From positions 62,091-126,090 of the forward strand of contig JAFTGH010000033.1 in the NCBI GenBank assembly GCA_017458005.1: 64,000 nucleotides of DNA, given 5' to 3'. This document shows, piece by piece, positions 7,469-16,087 of the stretch. Source of the stretch: Prevotella sp. (GTDB taxonomy: Bacteria > Bacteroidota > Bacteroidia > Bacteroidales > Bacteroidaceae). Each line of letters begins with the position of its first letter. Positions within the stretch are counted from its first letter, which is position 1. A program made the position numbers and the translations under genes. Under the pieces are notes generated by a model. That model saw only the letters and a list, made by a program, of their open reading frames with translations, made no database searches and was not told the origin of the DNA.

Positions 7469-9061
7469 ATGAAAACAATGAGACTCAAAAAACTATTATT
7501 AGTTCTGATGACGCTCTTCGTCTCGATGACGGCTGGGGCACAAACGGTAGATAAAGGCACTATCACTCAGAGTGGAGTTGTATACCACTGCTTTTACGAT
7601 GAATATGCCGACATACCATATTATGCGATTATTGGGGAGTCACCTGATGCGACAGGTGGAATTACGATTCCTGTGAATGTAACGAATGGTAGTCAAAATT
7701 ATAAGCCGACAAGTATGGTGGAGGGTGCGTTTAAGAATAATACGAACATCAAAAGTATTAACATCAGTGCGAATATCACTAAAATCGCCTATGAGGCATT
7801 CCGTGGATGCACCAGTCTGAAGACAGTATACATAAATGCTGCGGTGACATCGATGTACAATTATGCGTTTGAGGGCTGCAGCAGTCTGACGGATATCCGT
7901 ACCATTGGTTCGGATGCCAATACAGTCACCAACACACTGACTTTTGGTCAAGACGTTTTCAGCAACTGCACCAGTCTGAAAACAGTCACCTTTACAAACG
8001 CCACAACTACTCCTACTTTTAATGGCTGTACGGCATTGGAATCGGTGTCCTTCCCTAATGCTACAGGAATTGGCGGCTTTGAAGGGTGTACTGCACTGAA
8101 GACGGTCGATACCCCTAAGGCAGAGGGAATTAGCGGTGGTGCTTTCAGTGGTTGCACCAGTCTGGAGTCGTACACAGCCCCCAGCACACTGACATCGGTA
8201 GGAGCAAGTGCTTTCAGTGGTTGCACCAGTCTGAAATATGTAGACCTTCGGAAGGCTGCAGCTGTTGTAACAAGTTACGATTTAACAAGAAAAAATGATC
8301 CCCGGAGTATCATTTATGAAATGCCAAATAATACGATGCTCTATGTATCGGCAGGATATACAGTAGGAACAGGTGAGTCCAACATCGTGATGGATGGCGT
8401 GTGCAGTAACTTATGGCTTGTCGAAGGAAAGAACTATGCCGGCTCACCAGCCGCTCCCTACACATTCACGGCATCAACGATCTCTTATTCCCGCTCACTT
8501 GGTGCTGATAAGGTTTATACCATCTGCCTGCCTTATGCCGCACCTGCTAAGGACGGTGTGAAATACTATGCCTTTGATGGCGTGGACGGCACTACTGTCA
8601 AGTTCACAGAGGTAGATAACACGGCAAGAAATACTCCTTACCTCGTGGTCACCACCAAGGCTGTCAGTAACTTCAACGTCACTAGTCCCACAACAGTTTC
8701 CAGCTCTGAGGGCGCAGGCTATAGCACTGTTGGTGACTATCGTTTCCAAGGAACCAAGAGCAAGCTGAGCCCTGCCGAGACGGTAGGCAACTACATCCTG
8801 CAGGCTGACAACAAATGGCAGAAGGCTGAGGTAGAGAATGCTTCTGTATACATCAACCCCTTCCGCGCCTATATCAAACCGATGGGTGCTGGTGCTCGTT
8901 CACTTGATATGGAAATCGACGGTTATGCGACGGGCATCAACCAGATTACCACGGTTGACAAGGACGGCACGCAGCAGTACTTCGACCTCAGCGGTCACCG
9001 CCTCAGCCAGCCTAAGAAGGGTATTAATATCGTGAATGGTAAGAAAGTCGTGATTAAATAA
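7469..9061 (+). CDS. BspA-type leucine-rich-repeat surface protein with T9SS C-terminal sorting domain
   Basis: Repeated F.GC.SL..V units (LRR_5 type); signal peptide ..MTAGAQ. C-terminus YFDLSGHRLSQPKKGINIVNGKKVVIK. Confidence 0.85.
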   Translation: MKTMRLKKLLLVLMTLFVSMTAGAQTVDKGTITQSGVVYHCFYDEYADIPYYAIIGESPDATGGITIPVNVTNGSQNYKPTSMVEGAFKNNTNIKSINISANITKIAYEAFRGCTSLKTVYINAAVTSMYNYAFEGCSSLTDIRTIGSDANTVTNTLTFGQDVFSNCTSLKTVTFTNATTTPTFNGCTALESVSFPNATGIGGFEGCTALKTVDTPKAEGISGGAFSGCTSLESYTAPSTLTSVGASAFSGCTSLKYVDLRKAAAVVTSYDLTRKNDPRSIIYEMPNNTMLYVSAGYTVGTGESNIVMDGVCSNLWLVEGKNYAGSPAAPYTFTASTISYSRSLGADKVYTICLPYAAPAKDGVKYYAFDGVDGTTVKFTEVDNTARNTPYLVVTTKAVSNFNVTSPTTVSSSEGAGYSTVGDYRFQGTKSKLSPAETVGNYILQADNKWQKAEVENASVYINPFRAYIKPMGAGARSLDMEIDGYATGINQITTVDKDGTQQYFDLSGHRLSQPKKGINIVNGKKVVIK

Positions 9062-9082
9062 AACTTTTAAAAGGAACAGATT

Positions 9083-9241
9083 ATGAAGAAAACATATATA
9101 GTACCAGAGATGGATGTCGTTAATATCGAGTTACCTGCCATCATGGCAGGGAGTCCTAATGGCGTATTGGATACGGGCTCTCCCACAGAGCCTGCCTATG
9201 GCCGCTTCTTCGACGATGAGTTAGACTTGCTCGGCGAGTAG
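9083..9241 (+). CDS. Small ORF (52 aa), hypothetical
   Basis: MKKTYIVPEMDVVNIELPAIMAGSPNGVLDTGSPTEPAYGRFFDDELDLLGE. Starts 21 nt after the LRR stop and shares the terminator at 9257-9292. Not in the ORF track (<60 aa). Confidence 0.35.
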   Translation: MKKTYIVPEMDVVNIELPAIMAGSPNGVLDTGSPTEPAYGRFFDDELDLLGE

Positions 9242-9256
9242 TCATCGCAATACCGG

Positions 9257-9292
9257 AATGGGGATGTCCAAGTTGGGCATCCCCATTTTTCT
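9257..9292 (+). terminator. Terminator after LRR gene and small ORF
   Basis: aatggggatg / catccccatt stem followed by TTTTT. Confidence 0.8.
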
Positions 9293-9340
9293 TTCCTTTC
9301 TTTTGGTATTTCACTCAATTTGCACTACCTTTGACCTTCG

Positions 9341-9486
9341 GTCGAAGGTACTCCCGTTCGAGAAAACCCAAATAAGATTTGGTTTTCTTCTCACTTATTC
9401 GTCTTTGACTAACGTCGAAGGTACTCCCGTTCGAGAAAACCCAAATAAGATTTGGTTTTCTTCTCACTTATTCGTACCTTTGTACC
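9341..9486 (+). repeat. 73-bp tandem duplication of a promoter cassette upstream of the PurH-like gene
   Basis: 9341-9402 and 9414-9475 are identical (62/62). The cassette tail ttggtttt(c/t)t(t/g)ctcacttattcgtacctttg is also upstream of rplS (6070-6100). Confidence 0.9.
9475..9482 (+). promoter_or_regulatory. -7 box TAccTTTG, PurH-like gene
   Basis: Sits in copy 2 of the 73-bp tandem cassette, 25 nt before ATG 9507. Confidence 0.65.
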
Positions 9487-9506
9487 CAGAAACAAATAGT
9501 ATTAGT

Positions 9507-10694
9507 ATGAAAGAACTACAGCTGAAGTACGGATGTAATCCGAATCAAAAGCCTTCACGTATCTTCATGACGGAAGGAGAGTTACCCATTGAAGTGATTA
9601 ACGGTCGTCCAGGATATATCAACTTCCTCGATGCCTTCAACGCATGGCAACTGGTGAAAGAGTTGAAAGCAGCCACCGGACTGCCCGCCGCTGCCTCGTT
9701 CAAGCATGTCAGTCCTGCCGGTGCTGCCGTCGGACTTCCACTGAGCGACACCCTGAAGCACGTCTATTTCGTTGATGACATCCAGGGACTCGACGACTCC
9801 CCCATCGCCTGTGCCTATGCCAGAGCCCGTGGTGCCGACCGTATGTCGTCGTATGGTGACTTCGTGGCACTCTCCGACACCTGTGATGCCACAACGGCAA
9901 AGATCCTGAAGCGTGAGGTATCTGACGGTGTCATTGCCCCCGGCTATACCGCCGAGGCTATCGAGATTCTGAAAGACAAGCGCAAGGGTACTTATAACGT
10001 CATTAAGATTGACCCGGACTACCAGCCAGAGCCCATCGAGCGCAAGCAGGTCTATGGCATCACCTTCGAACAGGGACGTAACGAGATCAAACTCGACGAC
10101 CCCGCACTTTTCGAGAACATCCCCACGCAGAACAAGACCTTCACTGCCGAGGCAAAGCGCGACCTTATCATCGCCCTGATCACATTGAAGTATACCCAGT
10201 CGAACTCCGTATGCTATGTGAAAGACGGACAGGCTATCGGTATCGGTGCCGGACAGCAGAGCCGCATCCACTGTACCCGTCTTGCCGGTAACAAAGCAGA
10301 TATCTGGTGGCTCCGCCAGCACCCGAAAGTGATGGCACTGCCTTTCAAGGAGGGCATCCGCCGTGCTGACCGTGACAACACCATCGACGTGTATATCTCT
10401 GAGGACGAGCATGACGACGTACTGCGTGACGGTGCATGGCAGCAGTTCTTCACGGAGCAGCCGGAGGTACTCACCCTTGCTGAGAAGAAAGAGTGGATTG
10501 CCAAGAATACCAAGGTGGCTCTCGGCTCTGACGCCTTCTTCCCCTTCGGTGACAATATCGAGCGTGCCCATAAGAGTGGTGTGGAGTTCATTGCCCAGGC
10601 TGGTGGCTCCGTCCGTGACGACCATGTCATCATGACGTGCGACAAATACGGCATCGCCATGGCATTCACTGGCGTACGCTTATTCCATCATTAA
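9507..10694 (+). CDS. AICAR transformylase-domain protein (PurH-like, lacks MGS/IMP cyclohydrolase domain)
   Basis: MKELQLKYGCNPNQ.. parallels the LRYGENPHQ start of the PurH AICARFT domain. Other patterns: FKHVSPAG, GIGAGQQSRI, ends ..RLFHH. ORF-track residues 1-83 translate the promoter repeats. Confidence 0.85.
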   Translation: MKELQLKYGCNPNQKPSRIFMTEGELPIEVINGRPGYINFLDAFNAWQLVKELKAATGLPAAASFKHVSPAGAAVGLPLSDTLKHVYFVDDIQGLDDSPIACAYARARGADRMSSYGDFVALSDTCDATTAKILKREVSDGVIAPGYTAEAIEILKDKRKGTYNVIKIDPDYQPEPIERKQVYGITFEQGRNEIKLDDPALFENIPTQNKTFTAEAKRDLIIALITLKYTQSNSVCYVKDGQAIGIGAGQQSRIHCTRLAGNKADIWWLRQHPKVMALPFKEGIRRADRDNTIDVYISEDEHDDVLRDGAWQQFFTEQPEVLTLAEKKEWIAKNTKVALGSDAFFPFGDNIERAHKSGVEFIAQAGGSVRDDHVIMTCDKYGIAMAFTGVRLFHH

Positions 10695-10721
10695 TACTAT
10701 AGGAACTATATATAAAAAACT

Positions 10722-10919
10722 ATGAGTAAGGAAGACGATTTCCAGTCGATACTGGAGAATGGCATCTCGTTTGGTCGTGGCGGTGGACCTCGTAAAGAGG
10801 ACGATAAAGTCAAGACCAAGGCGAAGAAAAAGAAATACATCACCGGTGCTCACGGTAGCGGCTCTGCACGGCAGAAGGCGAAATACCGTGAGCAGCGTGC
10901 CAACAGACATAAGAAATAA
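10722..10919 (+). CDS. Small Lys/Arg-rich hypothetical protein (65 aa)
   Basis: ORF fills the gap between the PurH-like gene and GH53. I recognise no family, so coding status is uncertain. Confidence 0.35.
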   Translation: MSKEDDFQSILENGISFGRGGGPRKEDDKVKTKAKKKKYITGAHGSGSARQKAKYREQRANRHKK

Positions 10920-10928
10920 AGAAGACCT

Positions 10929-12197
10929 ATGAGAAAACAACTACTACTGACACTTTTTACCGTGATGGCACTCACGGTTACCGCCCAGAAATATGTGGGA
11001 GGCGACATTTCGTTACTCACACAGTATGAGAATGCTGGTGCTATCTATAAGGATAAAAACGGTAATGCCGTGAGCAATCTCATTTCCTACTACAAAAGTA
11101 TTGGATTAAACTCCATGCGCATTAGGTTGTTTGTCGATCCATCAAAGGCTTCAGATGATGAGAAGAAAGCCGGTGCCATCCAAGATCTTGACTATGTGAT
11201 CGCTCTTGGCAAACGCATCAAAAATGCAGGAATGACATTGGTACTAGACTTCCACTATTCTGACACATGGGCAGACCCCAGCAACCAATGGACACCTGAC
11301 GCATGGAAGTCCTTAGGTGATACGGAACTCTACTCCGAGATTTACAATTACACGAAGAACTGCCTAAACAAATTAAAAGAAGAAGAGGTAACACCTGATT
11401 TCATCCAGATAGGCAACGAAATTAGTTATGGAATGCTATGGGGGGCAAAGGGTACAAGTAGCCCCAAAAAGTGTTATACAAACTCAAGTGCTAACTGGGG
11501 GCGCTTCGTCAACCTCTTGAAGAAAGCGAATGAGGCATGTAAGGAGGTCTGTCCCGACGCAAAAACTATCATTCATAGTGAGCGAGCAGCCCAACTTTCT
11601 GTTTTGACAGCCTTTTTGGATAAAATCAGCGAAGTGAATTATGACATCATCGGACTGAGTTACTACCCTGACTATCATAAAGACTTGGCAACCTTAGAAA
11701 CGACACTGACAAAACTTGAGAGCCAGTACAGCAGCAAGAAGATTATGATTGTTGAGACAGGCTACAGTTATTCTTGGGCTCTGGACAATGCAACATACGA
11801 CTACACAGGTACCTACCCTTATACTGAGGAGGGACAGCGTAAATTCACCGCAGACCTTGTCACTATGCTCAACAAGCATAATAATGTTATAGGTTTATAC
11901 TGGTGGTTCCCAGAAGATAATGAATACAACATTGTCTATAAAAACGGTAGTGCAGACTGGTCAAAACAACTACGAGGTTTCTGGAATGCAGCCCTTTACG
12001 ATCACACTACAGGTAAGCCTTACGCTGCTCTTTTTGAACTGCCGAATTTCAATCCCAACAGTTCCGGCATCAGCAGTCTTAAGTACGCTGCCCCTGAGGA
12101 CAACATCTGGTACGACCTGAGTGGAAAACGGATGACCAATAAGCCCACCTCGAAAGGTATCTATATCAACAACGGACGAAAGATCATCGTTAAATAA
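10929..12197 (+). CDS. GH53 arabinogalactan endo-beta-1,4-galactosidase with T9SS C-terminal domain
   Basis: GGDISLL, DFHYSDTWADP, GNEISYGMLW, VETGYSY. C-terminus WYDLSGKRMTNKPTSKGIYINNGRKIIVK. Confidence 0.9.
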   Translation: MRKQLLLTLFTVMALTVTAQKYVGGDISLLTQYENAGAIYKDKNGNAVSNLISYYKSIGLNSMRIRLFVDPSKASDDEKKAGAIQDLDYVIALGKRIKNAGMTLVLDFHYSDTWADPSNQWTPDAWKSLGDTELYSEIYNYTKNCLNKLKEEEVTPDFIQIGNEISYGMLWGAKGTSSPKKCYTNSSANWGRFVNLLKKANEACKEVCPDAKTIIHSERAAQLSVLTAFLDKISEVNYDIIGLSYYPDYHKDLATLETTLTKLESQYSSKKIMIVETGYSYSWALDNATYDYTGTYPYTEEGQRKFTADLVTMLNKHNNVIGLYWWFPEDNEYNIVYKNGSADWSKQLRGFWNAALYDHTTGKPYAALFELPNFNPNSSGISSLKYAAPEDNIWYDLSGKRMTNKPTSKGIYINNGRKIIVK

Positions 12198-12204
12198 ACA
12201 AGAG

Positions 12205-12240
12205 AAGCGGAGCGCTATCACAGTGCTCCGCTTTCGTTTC
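12205..12240. terminator. Hairpin between convergent GH53 and TolC genes
   Basis: gcggagc / gctccgc stem followed by tttcgtttc. Confidence 0.6.
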
Positions 12241-12259
12241 AATAACAAGAGTTGTTTAT

Positions 12260-13603
12260 TTAAAAATCCAATTCCTTCCCCCGATAGAAATCAAGGAGAG
12301 TCGTCTGGTAGAGGAATTCATAACGAGCCTGCACGAGATCGCTCTCTGCCTTCAAGAAACGGTTCTTTGCCTCGTTGAACTCCGTGATATTCGCCTTACC
12401 GTTCTCGTATTTCGCCTGGGCGAGTGTGAAGGCATCCTCACTTGACTGGCGGGCTGCCTCACTGCTCTCGTACTTCGCCTGGGCAGCGACTGCGTTATAG
12501 TACACCTGCTGAATCTCCTTGTAAAGTGTCTTCTTCACGTTGTCGAGTTGCAGTTGCTGTGTCTCACGGTCGATACGCGCCGAACGGATGCTGTTGCGAG
12601 TCGAGAAGCGATTGAAGATGGGGATGTTCAGATTCAGTCCGATATACTGGGCGAAGTTGTTCTTCAACTGGGTGCCGAAACCGTCCTGCTGCATGCCACT
12701 CGTCTTATAATAGTTGGTCTGTAACCCTCCATTCAATGAGAGTGTCGGATAAAGACCCGCCTGTGCAATCTTGATACTCTTCTCCGTGGCGTCAAGACGT
12801 ATCTGCTCTGCCTTGACCTCTGGCTTGAAGACAAGAGCCTCCGCATAGATTTGGTCCGGATTAGTCGGAATACCCAGACTACTCGGGACATCAGGACGCA
12901 CCACGGAGAAGCCATCTGGTGTAGACAACTCCAACAACTGTGTCAGGGCAAGCAGCGACAACTGGAGATTATTATATGCCTGGGTTGCCGTCAACTGGCT
13001 CTGCGCCAGGGTCGCCTTCTGCTGCGACACCTCGGCACCACTCGCCTTCCCATTCTCCAAGAAAGACTTCAGACGTGCCACCTGCATGGAGTCAATCTCC
13101 ACCTGACGCACAGCGACATCGGCTATCTCCATGTCATAGAGTATCTGGACGTAAGCCTGTGCCACCTGCATACGGATATCATTCTTCGCCTTCTCCAGGT
13201 CTTGGGTCGCCGCCTCTAGGTTCAACTGGTTGAGTTTGATGGTATTTGGAATCTGAAAACCAGTAAACAGCGGGATGCTAGTGCCGATGCTGAAGGAGGT
13301 GGAACTGGTACTACGATTGGTATAGGTGTTATCCATTGTCAACCCACGACCAAAGGAGAACGACTCCCCTGCCTGTGCGTTCAAGTCAGGCAAACGGCTG
13401 TTCTTTGCCGTCGACAACTGCAGTTCCTGCTGACGACGCTGGTTATCACGCTGCTGGATACCCAGATTATGACTGATGGCATATTCCGTACACTGGCGGA
13501 GCGTCCACTGCTTAGACTGGGCATTTAAAGGTAAAAGGGTAAAGAGGTAAAAAGGTAAAACCTTCACCCACCCTTGAACCTTTATCTTATATATCTTCTT
13601 CAT
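12260..13603 (-). CDS. TolC-family outer-membrane efflux protein
   Basis: Two OEP-type repeats (LTLRQC..A..N, Q..L.L..A.....LP.L). Signal peptide ..VLPFYLFTLLPLNAQS. Confidence 0.9.
   Translation of the reverse strand: MKKIYKIKVQGWVKVLPFYLFTLLPLNAQSKQWTLRQCTEYAISHNLGIQQRDNQRRQQELQLSTAKNSRLPDLNAQAGESFSFGRGLTMDNTYTNRSTSSTSFSIGTSIPLFTGFQIPNTIKLNQLNLEAATQDLEKAKNDIRMQVAQAYVQILYDMEIADVAVRQVEIDSMQVARLKSFLENGKASGAEVSQQKATLAQSQLTATQAYNNLQLSLLALTQLLELSTPDGFSVVRPDVPSSLGIPTNPDQIYAEALVFKPEVKAEQIRLDATEKSIKIAQAGLYPTLSLNGGLQTNYYKTSGMQQDGFGTQLKNNFAQYIGLNLNIPIFNRFSTRNSIRSARIDRETQQLQLDNVKKTLYKEIQQVYYNAVAAQAKYESSEAARQSSEDAFTLAQAKYENGKANITEFNEAKNRFLKAESDLVQARYEFLYQTTLLDFYRGKELDF
13527..13562 (-). repeat. Complementary octamer tract inside TolC CDS (encodes LPFYLFTLLPL), locus 2
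   Basis: Plus strand aaaggtaaaagggtaaagaggtaaaaaggtaaaacc. About 38 nt align with the locus 1 copy with ~4 mismatches. Confidence 0.9.
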
Positions 13604-13648
13604 TACTTTAATTTTTTACTTTTTTACCTTTTTACTTTTTTACCTTTC
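13604..13648 (-). repeat. Octamer intercistronic spacer, locus 2
   Basis: mRNA sense reads TAAgaaaggtaaaaaagtaaaaaggtaaaaaagtaaaaaattaaagtaATG. It lies between the adaptor stop and the TolC ATG. Confidence 0.9.
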
Positions 13649-14761
13649 TTACTCCTCCTTAGTATCTGCAACAATCTGCGGACCACGCACTTTGTCCTTG
13701 GTGGCCAGTCCTTTCTTGATCTCGATATTCACACCATCGCTGAGTCCAGTGGTCACAGCACGACGCTCATACTGTTTCTGTGCGCCCGTACCTTTTATGA
13801 TATATACAAAGGTGGAGTCGCCAGAGAACTCTATGGCACTCTCTGGAATAGTCAGTGCCTTCGCCACTTGGGCAAGGATAATCTCCGCATTAGCGGAATA
13901 GCCGGAACGCAACTTGTCATCCTTTGCCACTTTCACCGCCGCCTTGATCTCAAACTGGTTGGCACCGTTATTCTCCACAGCCTTGGGGGAGATATACTCC
14001 AAAGAGGCGTCGAACTTCAAGTCCTGTAAAGCACCTATGGTAATCTTCATCGGCATGCCACCATACAACTGCCCCACTTCTGTCTCATCAATGTTACCAC
14101 GGAAGATGAGGTCGTTCATATTAGCCACCGAGGCAATCGTGGTACCGTCGTTGAACGTATTGCTGTTGATGACGGAGTTACCCACCTTCACTGGGATATC
14201 GAGGATGATACCACTGATGGTGGAGCGGACAAGCGTGGACGACGCACTGGCATTCGACCTTGACACGCCATCGCGGACTACCTGCAAGGCATCTTGTGAG
14301 GCAGCGACCTCCTCCTTCGCCTGGTTCATCGCCTGTTTGATCTTGTCAAACTCATCGGCGGACACCAGTTGCTGGTCGTAGAGGTTCTTCTCTCGCTCAT
14401 AGTCAACCTGCGCTTGTTTCAAGTTGATGTTAGCAAGGCGCACACGGCTCTCCGCCGAACTGAGTTGTGCCATATCGGGAATGACCTTCACCTTGGCAAT
14501 AATCTCACCAGCCTGCACATAGTCGCCAGGCTCCTTCAGCAGTTCTGTGATGATACCACTGATCTGCGGTTTTACGTTTACCTCATTGCGAGGCTCAATC
14601 TTACCCGTGATGATAGTGGTCTTCCTCACCTCACCCATCTCGGGGGTGAACTCGTTATAGACAATCTCCTTAGGTTGTGACTTCTGCCACAGGAACACGA
14701 AGGTCCCAATGAAGATCAAAGCAATGATTGTTGCGATAATCAGTTTTCTGTACTTTTTCAT
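13649..14761 (-). CDS. Efflux periplasmic adaptor (HlyD/MacA type)
   Basis: N-terminal TM, lipoyl/hairpin pattern (G.I.....PGD.V..G..IA), coiled-coil segment and beta-barrel tail. Confidence 0.9.
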   Translation of the reverse strand: MKKYRKLIIATIIALIFIGTFVFLWQKSQPKEIVYNEFTPEMGEVRKTTIITGKIEPRNEVNVKPQISGIITELLKEPGDYVQAGEIIAKVKVIPDMAQLSSAESRVRLANINLKQAQVDYEREKNLYDQQLVSADEFDKIKQAMNQAKEEVAASQDALQVVRDGVSRSNASASSTLVRSTISGIILDIPVKVGNSVINSNTFNDGTTIASVANMNDLIFRGNIDETEVGQLYGGMPMKITIGALQDLKFDASLEYISPKAVENNGANQFEIKAAVKVAKDDKLRSGYSANAEIILAQVAKALTIPESAIEFSGDSTFVYIIKGTGAQKQYERRAVTTGLSDGVNIEIKKGLATKDKVRGPQIVADTKEE

Positions 14762-14824
14762 ATTGTTTTGTTTTTTTCGATATTACGATATACGATATTG
14801 CGACGCTCGATATTGCGAGAGCCA

Positions 14825-16087
14825 TTATTCGTCTCGCATGGCGTCGACTGGTTTGATGCTCATGGCACGGGAGGCGGGAGCGAGTCCGGCAAGGACACCC
14901 ATCAGACTAACCATCAGCGCTGCGGCAATTGCCGTCCAGAAACCTACCTGGAAATGGACTTGCACGATACCATCCTCCGTATTACCCATCTCCACCATCT
15001 GTAGGATGACGACAGCAAAGAGGATACCACTCATACCTGCCACAAGAGTCAATACGATACTCTCTGAGATAATCTGTGAGAGAATCATCCGAGGAGTGGC
15101 ACCAATGGCACGGCGGATACCTATCTCTGTGGTACGCTCACGAACGGTGACCATCATGATATTCGAGACACCAATGGCACCAGCCAGCAAGGTACCCAAG
15201 CCTACCAGCCATATCAGGAAATTGACTCCGCGGAACAGGTTGTCGAGCATCTGGAAGAGCACCTCGGTATTGAACACCATCGCACCCTGCTCGTCGGTCG
15301 GGTCGACATAATGGGCACGGGCTATCGTCTCACGAATCCGTGGGGTGATTCTGCTCATCACCACTCCCTGATGTCCGGTGGCTGCTATCAGGTCCACCTG
15401 ATTACCTCTGTTATAGGTAGCCTGCATCAAGGTCAATGGGATGGTGACACGCTCCTCCGCACGCCCGTTGAAGTTGATAGAACTATTGGTGTTATAGTCG
15501 ACTCCTATCACCTCATAATAAGTGGAGTCCACTCGTATCTTCTGACCGCAGGGGTCGCCGCCGTTCTTAAACAGGTCCTTATAGATTTTCTTGCCTAACA
15601 CACAGACCTTACGACCTTCCTCGATATCCATCTGGTTGATATAACGCCCGTAGTACATCCTCGGCGCAATGACCTCCGCATAGTCAGGAGTTACACCCTG
15701 CATCCTCGGCGTGGTCTTCTGGTCTCCATAATAGGCGGTGTTCGACATTCCCCAAGGAGCAAACAAGACGGGAGCCACCACATCCAACTCCGGCACACGC
15801 TGGTGCAGACGCTCGATGTCCTTGTAGTCCATACTCCACCAACGTCCCTTTCGGAAACCCTTATAGGGCTTGGAGGTCTGTTGCGCCCATATCATCACCG
15901 TATTCTGTGCGAAACCGTCGAAGTTCTTGTTGAGTCCTTCCCTCAGTCCTTTTCCGCCTCCCATCAGTCCTACGAGCATAAACACACCCCAGAACACACC
16001 AAAGCCAGTGAGGAACGAGCGTGACTTATTACGGGTCAGCGTATCGATGATCTCTCTGTAACTGTCAATATCTATTCTCATAGTCAA
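14825..16087 (-). CDS. ABC transporter permease, MacB/FtsX type
   Basis: MacB_PCD-like periplasmic domain plus FtsX C-terminal TM bundle (VTVRERTTEIGIRRAIGA). Confidence 0.9.
   Translation of the reverse strand: MTMRIDIDSYREIIDTLTRNKSRSFLTGFGVFWGVFMLVGLMGGGKGLREGLNKNFDGFAQNTVMIWAQQTSKPYKGFRKGRWWSMDYKDIERLHQRVPELDVVAPVLFAPWGMSNTAYYGDQKTTPRMQGVTPDYAEVIAPRMYYGRYINQMDIEEGRKVCVLGKKIYKDLFKNGGDPCGQKIRVDSTYYEVIGVDYNTNSSINFNGRAEERVTIPLTLMQATYNRGNQVDLIAATGHQGVVMSRITPRIRETIARAHYVDPTDEQGAMVFNTEVLFQMLDNLFRGVNFLIWLVGLGTLLAGAIGVSNIMMVTVRERTTEIGIRRAIGATPRMILSQIISESIVLTLVAGMSGILFAVVILQMVEMGNTEDGIVQVHFQVGFWTAIAAALMVSLMGVLAGLAPASRAMSIKPVDAMRDE

Noticed and set aside
9258-9506. N-terminal 83 codons of the ORF-track call 9258..10694
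   Set aside because: This stretch translates the terminator hairpin and the 73-bp tandem promoter cassettes. The conserved protein begins at MKELQLKYGCNPNQ (9507), 25 nt after a -7 box.
9241-9506. ZTP (pfl) riboswitch upstream of the PurH-like gene
   Set aside because: I looked for one because purH genes often carry it. I could not find the conserved GGGTCGTGAC...CCGCCTGGGCA-type elements, and the region is occupied by a terminator and promoter repeats.
9582-10625. 347-aa ORF antisense to the PurH-like gene. Similar long shadows: 2044-2967, 25191-25922, 27495-28400, 34166-34999, 40208-41059, 54202-55233, 56214-57014, 60831-61703.
   Set aside because: Each is the reverse frame of a confidently identified gene, has low-complexity composition, and has no promoter box or family motif of its own.
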